Shown here piece after piece: positions 1-6,566 of a stretch of 24,000 nucleotides of DNA. The DNA is from Methanogenium organophilum. Its GTDB lineage: Archaea > Halobacteriota > Methanomicrobia > Methanomicrobiales > Methanomicrobiaceae. Positions within the stretch are counted from its first letter, which is position 1. Every line of letters begins with the position of its first letter. The DNA lies in the NCBI RefSeq assembly GCF_026684035.1, contig NZ_CP113361.1, forward strand, positions 2,480,715 through 2,504,714. The letters are read 5' to 3'. A program made the position numbers and the translations under genes. The notes beneath the pieces are model-generated. The model did no database searches. It saw nothing but the letters and a program-made list of their open reading frames with translations, and was not told where the DNA came from.

Positions 1-860
1 GTCATGGTGTGTATTTTGGGGAGCACGTCACTTTTGAGGAGAGCTTCACATGCACGGAGGAACTGAATGTTGATGGTCTTCTCCACAACATCCGGGAACC
101 CGGAATAAATGGCCGCGGTTGCAATTGTGCCGCCACCCGCCCCTTCGGTCATGAGGATGCAGTCGCCGGGTTCTGTTGCGGTTCGTGCGGTGAGATGATC
201 GGCAACGCCGACTGCACCCACGCACCCGGTCATTCTGCTGCCAAGGACCATGTCGCCTCCGATTCTCAGTGTTGAGCCGGTCACAAGGGGGATATCCATT
301 GCTTCACTGACAACCGAGATGCCTGCGGTATAATCGAATATCTTTGCCACATCGCCGTCATCCCCGACATGAATGTCAGAGAGCATGGCGACCGGTTTTG
401 CACCCATGACATAGACATCACGCAGGGTGGCACGGGTGACATGGAATCCCGCAAGGAAGGGGTAATCCGAGAGGCGGGAGTGCATGCCGTCAACGGTGGT
501 GATGATATATTTCCCGCCGGCTTCAACAGCGCCCGCATCGTCCATCTCATCGACGCCGACTGACGCACCGCTGCCACCGATTATTTTCGGGAACTGCCGG
601 TGAGCAAAGAAATCCCCGATACCACGTGAACCTACACCAAATTCGCCCATGGTTACATCCGCTTTGGTATATTCAGTGAGTGCGGATGTGGCCAGATTGC
701 TGTTTTTGACTTCTTCTACAACTGCACGGGCCATGGAGAGCGCATAGTCAGATGATGCACCCGGCTTCATCGAAAGAATCTGTTCTTTGAGATGGTGGGC
801 ACAGGTCTCTTCATCTGTTCCTGCTGAGAGGCATCGCCGTGTCAGCTCTTCAATATCCAT
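1..860 (-). CDS. AIR-synthase-related (PurM/ThiL/HypE superfamily) protein, N-terminal 286 codons only; the ORF runs off the left edge
   Basis: Absent from the ORF track because it has no stop inside the window. Reading the minus strand from the ATG at 860-858 gives an open frame down to position 1: MDIEELTRRCLSAGTDEETCAHHLKEQILSMKPG...GVDEMDDAGAVEAGGKYIITTVDGMHSRLSDYPFLAGFHVTRATLRDVYVMGAKPVAMLSDIHVGDDGD... The DDAG-x(n)-TTVDG-x-H segment and the following GAKP segment fit the PurM-like N-domain pattern. It may belong to the methanogen-specific 'methanogenesis marker protein 2' family; that subfamily call is unverified. Confidence 0.6.
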   Translation of the reverse strand, partial: MDIEELTRRCLSAGTDEETCAHHLKEQILSMKPGASSDYALSMARAVVEEVKNSNLATSALTEYTKADVTMGEFGVGSRGIGDFFAHRQFPKIIGGSGASVGVDEMDDAGAVEAGGKYIITTVDGMHSRLSDYPFLAGFHVTRATLRDVYVMGAKPVAMLSDIHVGDDGDVAKIFDYTAGISVVSEAMDIPLVTGSTLRIGGDMVLGSRMTGCVGAVGVADHLTARTATEPGDCILMTEGAGGGTIATAAIYSGFPDVVEKTINIQFLRACEALLKSDVLPKIHTM

Positions 861-934
861 AGGAAAGTGTTGTCTGCCACGTAACATAAAACCGGCATAA
901 ACCTTCAATCTGTATCGGGTGAAATACTACGGGT

Positions 935-1750
935 ATGGAAGGACAGCGGGTACCGTTTGCATGTACGATTGCGGGTTCTGATTCCGGCGGAGGTGCCGGG
1001 ATTCAGGCAGATCTAAAGACATTTGCCGCTCTTGGTGTGTGGGGATGTACGGTTGTCACCGCAGTGACCGCCCAGAATACCGTTGACGTGCTCGCCAGCC
1101 TGACTGTGGATACGCATATCATCTCCCGCCAGATGGAGGCAGTGTTTCAGGATTTTCCCATCCGGGCAGCAAAAACCGGTATGCTGCCGGATGCCGCAAC
1201 GATCCGAACGGTTGCAGAGCATCTTCCTCCTGAGGTGTCCCTGGTGGTCGATCCGGTGATGGTTGCGACATCCGGGCGCCGCCTTGCGTCACCGGAAAGC
1301 CTGTCCGCGGTATGTGCACACCTGATACCCCGGGCTGCACTGATCACTCCCAATATTCCTGAACTATGTGTTCTCACCGGAAGGAAGACAATTACAACAA
1401 CGGATGAGATGATCGCCGCCGGGCAGGAGATTCTTGCAATGGGTGCGGGGGCAGTGCTTATGAAAGGTGGACACCTGACCACAGAGAGGTCACCGGATGT
1501 TTTTCTGAGCGCTGATGAACAGTTCATCATCGACGGTCCCCGGTATCCCTATGAGGTGCATGGCTCGGGCTGCTCTCTTGCAGCTGCAATCACGGCATAT
1601 CTGGTGCGGGGGGAAGCACTGCCGGATGCATGTCGTGAGGGGAAGATGTTTGTCTCCTGTGCCATCCGGGATGCGGTGCCCGCCCTTTCCGGGAGACGGA
1701 TGGTTAATCCCGGAAGTATGATCTCTGATGCGATCCCCCGCCGGAAGTGA
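935..1750 (+). CDS. thiD: Hydroxymethylpyrimidine / phosphomethylpyrimidine kinase (ThiD)
   Basis: 271-aa ORF. The N-terminus, TIAGSDSGGGAGIQADLKTFAALGVWGCTVVTAVTAQNT, is the classic ThiD/PdxK ribokinase-fold signature. The C-terminal region has GHL...D and GSGCSLAAAITAYL, the anion hole/GTGC-like motif. Confidence 0.9.
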   Translation: MEGQRVPFACTIAGSDSGGGAGIQADLKTFAALGVWGCTVVTAVTAQNTVDVLASLTVDTHIISRQMEAVFQDFPIRAAKTGMLPDAATIRTVAEHLPPEVSLVVDPVMVATSGRRLASPESLSAVCAHLIPRAALITPNIPELCVLTGRKTITTTDEMIAAGQEILAMGAGAVLMKGGHLTTERSPDVFLSADEQFIIDGPRYPYEVHGSGCSLAAAITAYLVRGEALPDACREGKMFVSCAIRDAVPALSGRRMVNPGSMISDAIPRRK

Positions 1751-1770
1751 AAAATATTCACTCAATATTC

Positions 1771-1777
1771 TTTTTTT
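1771..1777 (+). terminator. Oligo-T tract (T7) downstream of thiD, a candidate archaeal terminator
   Basis: TTTTTTT lies about 20 nt after the thiD stop. Archaeal termination commonly uses oligo-T runs. The tract also sits in the Lrp promoter region, so its role is ambiguous. Confidence 0.3.
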
Positions 1778-1847
1778 GAAAAAATTCTGCACAAATTATA
1801 TCAGTGTTGATGAATGAAACATTCAATATAATGGTGTTGGGGAACGT

Positions 1848-2300
1848 ATGGATACTATTGACCACGCGATTTTGAGTGAACTTGCCCGTGATGGCAGAAT
1901 ATCTATGGCAGAATTGGGGAAGCAGCTTGATATTGCTCCTTCCACTGTGTTCAAACGGATTGAAAAACTGAAAACATCCGGGGTAATTGAAGGGTTTACG
2001 ATCGCAATTAACCCGGATTACTTCGCTGACAGCCTCATCTCGTTTCTGACAATCACTGTCTCCCCTGATGACAAAGAGGAGGTTGCATCCTTTCTTGCGA
2101 ACCACGATAGTATCCTCGAGTTGTATGAGACGCTGGAGCCCAGTGATTTCATGGCAAAGGTGGTTGTGTCGTCGATTACCAACCTGAAAAATGAAATTCT
2201 GATCCCCTTATCCCGGTTCGCCGGGGTAAAAGAGATAAAACCGTTTATAACGGTAAAACGAATCAAAGAACAGAACTGGAGCGTCCGCCGTTATGATTGA
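1848..2300 (+). CDS. Lrp/AsnC-family transcriptional regulator
   Basis: 150 aa. N-terminal HTH: MDTIDHAILSELARDGRISMAELGKQLDIAPSTVFKRIEKLKTSGVIEGFT. This is followed by a RAM/AsnC_trans_reg-like beta-alpha-beta domain of typical length. Confidence 0.85.
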   Translation: MDTIDHAILSELARDGRISMAELGKQLDIAPSTVFKRIEKLKTSGVIEGFTIAINPDYFADSLISFLTITVSPDDKEEVASFLANHDSILELYETLEPSDFMAKVVVSSITNLKNEILIPLSRFAGVKEIKPFITVKRIKEQNWSVRRYD

Positions 2301-2580
2301 GTCACAATTTATCCTCATTCAGCAGATTCTTGCTGTCGTCACCCTGATATTGGGTGGAGCCCTGATTATCTTCATTTACGATGCCTATAAAGTTGTAAAA
2401 CAGCCGACCCTGCTATATTTCACAATCGGGCTGTTTACACTTGTGATCGGCATCGTTCTCCCGGACATTGTGCAGATGGCGGGGCCGGGAATTACGGGGT
2501 TGTACTGGGGAGAAGTGTTGTCCCGGATTCTTGAGATCATTGGCATTGGTGTGATGAATTTCGCTGTACTGCGGGGATGA
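2293..2580 (+). CDS. Small integral membrane protein (about 3 predicted TM helices), function unknown
   Basis: 95 aa with hydrophobic segments ILIQQILAVVTLILGGALIIFIY, LLYFTIGLFTLVIGIVLPDIV and ILEIIGIGVMNFAVL. Its ATG at 2293 overlaps the Lrp stop (ATGATTGA), which implies translational coupling. Confidence 0.6.
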   Translation: MIESQFILIQQILAVVTLILGGALIIFIYDAYKVVKQPTLLYFTIGLFTLVIGIVLPDIVQMAGPGITGLYWGEVLSRILEIIGIGVMNFAVLRG

Positions 2581-2587
2581 ATATCCG

Positions 2588-3019
2588 ATGAAAAAAGGGC
2601 AGTTCTCACGTGACTGGTCCCTCCTGAAACTCGCCCGTACCTGGGAACCACGGGATATCGGTGGTGAGGTGGTTGAACGGGTGCTGCGGGAAGGGTCTCC
2701 GGAAGCAGTAGCGGATATACTCGATGTGATTGGGACAATCGGGTTTGAAGATGGCGAGAAGGCGAAAGAGCGGATGCCGTCCCTCATGCAGCCGGTGGAG
2801 ATCATTGAGAGTACTCTTTTAGTGGCGGGTGTGGAGACCGAACGTCTGGACGGGGAGGAACGGCCCACCATCATGATAAATCTTGAGGCGCATGATCTCT
2901 TTGGCTACCCGTTTAGTATGACAGAGCCTGCTGTCGCCTATATAACCGGATTTGTTCAGGCCGTTTCCGGGGGTGCCGCAGTCTCACAATCCGAAGATCA
3001 TCTTCTGATCCGGTTTTGA
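2588..3019 (+). CDS. Hypothetical soluble acidic protein, no Cys; family not recognised
   Basis: 143-aa ORF starting 7 nt after the previous stop, with the same strand and GC content as its neighbours. The C-terminal AYITGFVQAVSGG is faintly reminiscent of V4R-type small-molecule-binding domains, but I cannot support that call. Confidence 0.55.
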   Translation: MKKGQFSRDWSLLKLARTWEPRDIGGEVVERVLREGSPEAVADILDVIGTIGFEDGEKAKERMPSLMQPVEIIESTLLVAGVETERLDGEERPTIMINLEAHDLFGYPFSMTEPAVAYITGFVQAVSGGAAVSQSEDHLLIRF

Positions 3020-3166
3020 TACGTAAAATGAGTATTAATGGGTATTTCCGCTCTATCTCAATATAAAGATGTTTGCAATTCCGACCAGAAGAAATAATAT
3101 TCACTTTGTATGCCGCTATTAAGGTTGGTATTGATAACCAATAGATTAAAGCCGCCTTCCACGGGT

Positions 3167-3288
3167 GGAAATATTATTTCCCAAACACTGAATATGTGTG
3201 GCAAATATTTCCAATTATGGTGTGCAAATATCACATATTCGCTCTATCAAGAATTCATACACAAAGCATTTATATGGGTGGTGGAAAT
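3167..3288. promoter_or_regulatory. Four copies of a GTGG(C)AAAT(A)T-type motif upstream of the pilin gene (candidate regulator sites)
   Basis: Perfect 15-nt palindrome GGAAATATTATTTCC at 3167-3181. Near-palindrome GGCAAATATTTCC at 3200-3212. Half-site GCAAATAT at 3224-3231. Half-site GTGGAAAT at 3281-3288, directly after the TATA-like box. Confidence 0.3.
3268..3275 (+). promoter_or_regulatory. TATA-like box for the pilin gene
   Basis: ATTTATAT lies about 70 nt upstream of the ATG at 3346. GGAGAGGTGA (about 3330-3339) is a plausible ribosome-binding site. Confidence 0.4.
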
Positions 3289-3345
3289 CTATAACTGCCT
3301 GAAGCGGATGTGACGTGTCACTCTGTGAGGGAGAGGTGAATTAAT

Positions 3346-3759
3346 ATGAGATTCCACGAAAATGAAGAAGCGGTTTCACCGGTTATCGGTGTAATCCTTA
3401 TGGTCGCCATCACGGTGATCCTCGCAGCGGTTATCGCTGTGTTTGTGTTCGGTATGACCGACAATGTTGAGACAACTAAGACTGTGGCTGTAACTGCGAA
3501 AGTAAGCGATGATGATGTCCTTATTACGTTCCAGGGTGGACCAGATGCAGCTAAAGTATCAACATTAAACGCAACTGTTTATGATGCAGCTGGTGCTCTA
3601 GCTAATGGTACTGATAGTTATGGAAATATGAGTACACCGATTGTTGGTGATACATCAATAATTAAAGGTGTTGCCACTGCTGATGGGCAGGAACGTGTTC
3701 TTGTTACTGCTACTTTCAATGATGGTACCAAACAGGTAATTCTTGACAAGTTTGTCTAA
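3346..3759 (+). CDS. Archaeal type IV pilin-like protein (class III signal peptide, DUF1628/Pilin_N type)
   Basis: 137 aa. N-terminus MRFHENEEAVSPVIGVILMVAITVILAAVIAVFVFG: a short charged leader, the AVSPVIG motif and a single hydrophobic helix, which is the hallmark of archaeal prepilins. The remainder is a Thr/Val/Asp-rich beta-type domain. Confidence 0.85.
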   Translation: MRFHENEEAVSPVIGVILMVAITVILAAVIAVFVFGMTDNVETTKTVAVTAKVSDDDVLITFQGGPDAAKVSTLNATVYDAAGALANGTDSYGNMSTPIVGDTSIIKGVATADGQERVLVTATFNDGTKQVILDKFV

Positions 3760-3768
3760 TATCATCCA

Positions 3769-3779
3769 TTTTTTATTTT
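3769..3779 (+). terminator. Oligo-T tract (TTTTTTATTTT) after the pilin gene
   Basis: T6-A-T4 starts 10 nt after the stop codon. Confidence 0.35.
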
Positions 3780-4001
3780 CAGCACATTGTTCTAATGTTG
3801 GAATGTGATAATCCCGACAGTCCATGATTATTTTTCATATGTCCCTTAATTGAGCAATTCTCCAATTGCATATCTCAGGATTTTGTTCCATCGAAATATC
3901 AATATTCTAAACTGCAAAGATACTGTACAGGAACGCATTGGCATACAAGTCTGTTAATTATCTTCGTCAAATATAAAGAAAAGAAAGTATTTATTTATTA
4001 G

Positions 4002-4040
4002 TTATTCGTTGTAGAACGCCATCAGGCGATTAGACGGCAC
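4002..4040 (+). repeat. Dispersed repeat, copy A (TTATTCGTTGTAGAACGCCATCAGGCGATTAGACGGCAC)
   Basis: 30 of 39 positions are identical to copy B when aligned by hand without gaps. It contains mini-hairpins CGTT-GTAG-AACG and GCC-ATCA-GGC. It ends 29 nt before the intron 5' end. Confidence 0.5.
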
Positions 4041-4610
4041 TTTTTCAAGGGGGGATGGGCAGGCATCCTGTGTGACAAGAAGTCATATCAGAGATTGCGA
4101 ACACACCGCCGCATCATCCGTTCGATGTGTTCCTACTCTGCCGTGCATCGCGAGTAATCGCTTTGTTCGAAGCGCAGACGACAACGCGGATGAAGTAGAA
4201 AGTCTGTTTCTACAATTCTGCAAGGGAAAGACGACATGGGCAAGCATACGCTGAATCACTACAGGATCGTAATGTCCGACAGGCGAAATCAGACTGAAAC
4301 GCCTGAACCAAAATGGTATGAGACTCAGATGAATTGGTTGGGATGACAATTCACCGAACGGATATTGTAGTCTTCGGTCCAGAGGTGGGCCCTAAATCGT
4401 CAGAATTATCTCTGATATGGAACTTGGTAACCCGTATTGCCCCCTCAAAGAGGTATGAACTTCGCGAGAAGAACAAATGGACAAGACGGGAGAGGAAGCA
4501 GCAAAAAAGCCAAAGCCTGCCTGTAATGGGTAGGATAGGTGTGTCTACTCTAACCCGAAATGGTGCAGACTTGCTGCTGGTTCTTTACGGCATTGAAAGG
4601 AGGTATATCG

Positions 4611-4763
4611 ATGAATGTACAGCATTCAATTACGCCACAGAGCGAGAAGCGTACAGACAGAGACCTTGCCAGAAAATGGAATTCCATTGACTGGAAAAGT
4701 GTTGAAGAATTTGTTAATCGACTACAGACCCGAATCGCAAAGGCTGTGCAAAAAGAGCAATGA
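4611..4763 (+). pseudogene. Truncated group II intron reverse transcriptase/maturase (first 50 codons only)
   Basis: AGGAGG lies 8 nt upstream of the ATG at 4611. The product is MNVQHSITPQSEKRTDRDLARKWNSIDWKSVEEFVNRLQTRIAKAVQKEQ*. The W-x-x-I-D-W-x-x-V-x5-LQ-x-RI-x-KA pattern matches the conserved N-terminus (RT domain 0) of intron-encoded proteins. A stop follows, and domain V begins only about 90 nt later, so the RT, X and En/D domains are missing. Confidence 0.75.
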
Positions 4764-4852
4764 AATTTGAAAAAAAATATGGAAATTCCGGCGCCCAGAC
4801 AAAATTGTCCGATTTTTGCACTACCGCCCTAATTTAGGGTTGTGAAGAGCCT

Positions 4853-4886
4853 GAGCCCGGTGCCTCGAAAGGGGCACGCCGGGTTC
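4853..4886 (+). ncRNA. Group II intron domain V (catalytic hairpin)
   Basis: GAGCCCGGUGCCUCGAAAGGGGCACGCCGGGUUC folds into an 8-bp lower helix containing the AGC triad, a 2-nt (CG) bulge on the 3' strand, an upper helix and a GAAA tetraloop. The length is exactly 34 nt. Confidence 0.85.
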
Positions 4887-4981
4887 TTAGAAGACGGGAG
4901 AGGAAGTAATTCCTCTCTTGTTATTCGACCCCTTGCTCCTCTGTTGTATGGACTTTGCCAAGTGGGGGAGATACAATGTTT

Positions 4982-5043
4982 AGATAATTATGAAATTGTC
5001 TGGATTATTCGTTGCAAAACGCCAGCAGGAGATCAAGGGCCAC
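4982..5043 (+). repeat. Dispersed repeat, copy B (AGATAATT...TTATTCGTTGCAAAACGCCAGCAGGAGATCAAGGGCCAC)
   Basis: The core at 5005-5043 aligns with copy A. The 5' extension AGATAATT (4982-4989) and the blocks GGAT-TATTCGTTG, GCAG and GAGATCA recur in the same order in copy C. Confidence 0.5.
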
Positions 5044-5078
5044 CCAGAAATAAGATCGGTTGTAGTTTCGAATGTGAG

Positions 5079-5085
5079 AAAAAAA
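5079..5085 (-). terminator. Oligo-T tract (on the minus strand) downstream of the DUF447 gene
   Basis: A7 on the plus strand equals T7 on the minus strand, about 60 nt past the minus-strand stop at 5146. Confidence 0.3.
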
Positions 5086-5145
5086 TAGTTTAATTCAGAG
5101 AACTGGCAGATGGAGAATTATCAAAATTTCTAAATCAAATGTTTT

Positions 5146-5760
5146 TCATTCCTGACAAAACGCAATCAACACCTCAAGCGCCGCCACATGCTCTTCTCCG
5201 CCGCATTTCCTCACTATCTCGGCTGATTGCTCAATCAATGCCCACAATTCCGGATCACGCGTCATCACATACCGTGTCGCATGTACTGTTGCCTCAATGA
5301 TCCCTGCAAAGGCCCGGTTGGGAGGATGCGGCTGCAGGTCAAGAATTTCAGATGCAACCGGTGTTAATTCCACCACCAGCGTCTTCGGGTTGTCGCTCAC
5401 AATGGTGGTGGTGAAGGCCTCCCATGCCTCACATCCTTCACCGACAGATAACCGTTGCATGGTCACCGGAATATCCACACCTTCGGTTAATATTTTGGTT
5501 GATATTTCGGTAAATGCTTCATCCGGCAGATCACCAAACGCTGACTCTACATATACCATCGGGTCAAACGTGAGGTTTGCCACCACCCACCCGGACGCCC
5601 GGATGTTTGCCTCGGTATGTGTGCCGTGAAAGAGTTGCATCATCGTGCGGCCGCGGCGAGCGATGATCCCCATCGGTGCCGCGTTGGGGATACCGGTTTC
5701 GGGGTTCACGGTCGTTGCGATGACTTCGTTTATGCCGTCTGCGAGGATTCCCAATTCCAT
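5146..5760 (-). CDS. DUF447-family protein (FMN-binding split-barrel-like; H4MPT-biosynthesis-associated family)
   Basis: I place the start at the ATG at 5760 (MELGILADGINEVIATTVNPETGIPNAAPMGIIARRG...). The GINEVI-TT...PNAAPMG opening is how I remember DUF447 proteins beginning. The longer track ORF (to 5838) would start at a non-ATG codon deep inside the upstream gene. Confidence 0.65.
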   Translation of the reverse strand: MELGILADGINEVIATTVNPETGIPNAAPMGIIARRGRTMMQLFHGTHTEANIRASGWVVANLTFDPMVYVESAFGDLPDEAFTEISTKILTEGVDIPVTMQRLSVGEGCEAWEAFTTTIVSDNPKTLVVELTPVASEILDLQPHPPNRAFAGIIEATVHATRYVMTRDPELWALIEQSAEIVRKCGGEEHVAALEVLIAFCQE

Positions 5761-6566
5761 CCCTCTCTGAGTGCAAGATAAATGCCTGCTATGGTGATGT
5801 CCGCAATCGATCCCGGATTGATGCCCCGTGCGAGGCATTCCTCATCGAAGTCCTCCGCACTGCGAATACCGGCAGATACCTCTTTTGCCTGTTTCATTGT
5901 CCATTCCGCAATATCCCTGCCATGCTTCTTGATAATGAAGGTGTCCGGCTCCGATTCGAGAAGTGAGAAGAATGCCCGGACTATGGCCTGTTTGCCGTCC
6001 GGTGCCGCAAGGAGGAAATCCGCTACCCGGCGGCTGAGGGCAAACCCGTTCAGCCACTCCCGGCAGACCATATCTCCCGGTGCAGAGTAGGAGATGATAT
6101 CTTTGAGTGTCAGCTTCTCGTCACGGATGTGGCGGGCAGATTCCGGATCATTGACATCCAGATCATCAGTCTTATTCATCCGGACTTCTGTGAGACCGAA
6201 GGCCTCATAAAAATTAAGAGCATCTTCGACCGTTGTCCGTGCAGTGATATCCAGCGCTCCTTCGATACCATCCCCCATGATCAGGGGGAACAACAGAATA
6301 TACGCGCCAAAATGAGTATTGCCGCCTTCATGTACCGCAGTCAGGGAGACCGCTTCTTTGAGGCATGCCCCCAGCCCTGCAGTACTGTATTCTGCTGTCA
6401 CAAAAGCAGGGCGTGCAAGAATCGCTGATGCCAGAAAATGCTCAAGCCATGTATCTTCATAATCATGGCACCGGTCCACATTCCCCGGTTTGGGGTATGC
6501 ACAGACCTCAAGCATCATCGCTATCTGTGCACATTCACTCCGTCGCATAGAACGCATCGCCTTCAA
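5730..6566 (-). CDS. Triphosphoribosyl-dephospho-CoA synthase-like protein (CitG/MdcB family, ATP_transf)
   Basis: 278 aa. IAMMLEVCAYPKPGNVDRCHDYEDTWLEHFLASAILARPAF matches the family's PKPG-x-VD...H-x-D-M/T...F-x-S motif block. The start is uncertain (Met at 6566, 6557, 6548 or 6518). The 3' end overlaps the DUF447 start by 31 nt. Confidence 0.75.
   Translation of the reverse strand: MKAMRSMRRSECAQIAMMLEVCAYPKPGNVDRCHDYEDTWLEHFLASAILARPAFVTAEYSTAGLGACLKEAVSLTAVHEGGNTHFGAYILLFPLIMGDGIEGALDITARTTVEDALNFYEAFGLTEVRMNKTDDLDVNDPESARHIRDEKLTLKDIISYSAPGDMVCREWLNGFALSRRVADFLLAAPDGKQAIVRAFFSLLESEPDTFIIKKHGRDIAEWTMKQAKEVSAGIRSAEDFDEECLARGINPGSIADITIAGIYLALREGWNWESSQTA

Larger units (their letters stand above)
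4070..4929 (+). mobile_element. Group II intron, ORF-less derivative (intron-encoded protein deleted)
   Basis: 5' GUGUG at 4070-4074. An RT N-terminal remnant ORF sits where domain IV is expected. A canonical 34-nt domain V lies at 4853-4886. A domain VI hairpin (GGGAGAGGAA-GUAA-UUCCUCUCUU) has an unpaired A at 4923, six nt before a 3'-terminal AC at 4928-4929. Confidence 0.85.

Noticed and set aside
3110-3313. 67-aa ORF upstream of the pilin gene
   Set aside because: It spans the palindromic motif array and the TATA-like box of the pilin promoter. Its composition and context argue for regulatory DNA rather than coding sequence.
4083-4690. ORFs 4083-4349 (minus, 88 aa) and 4334-4690 (plus, 118 aa)
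   Set aside because: They fall inside domains I-III of the group II intron ribozyme, have no ribosome-binding site and resemble no known protein. The only coding remnant supported there is the RT N-terminus at 4611-4763.
4842-5093. 83-aa plus-strand ORF
   Set aside because: It reads straight through intron domains V and VI and the 3' splice site, so it is an RNA-structure region rather than a gene.
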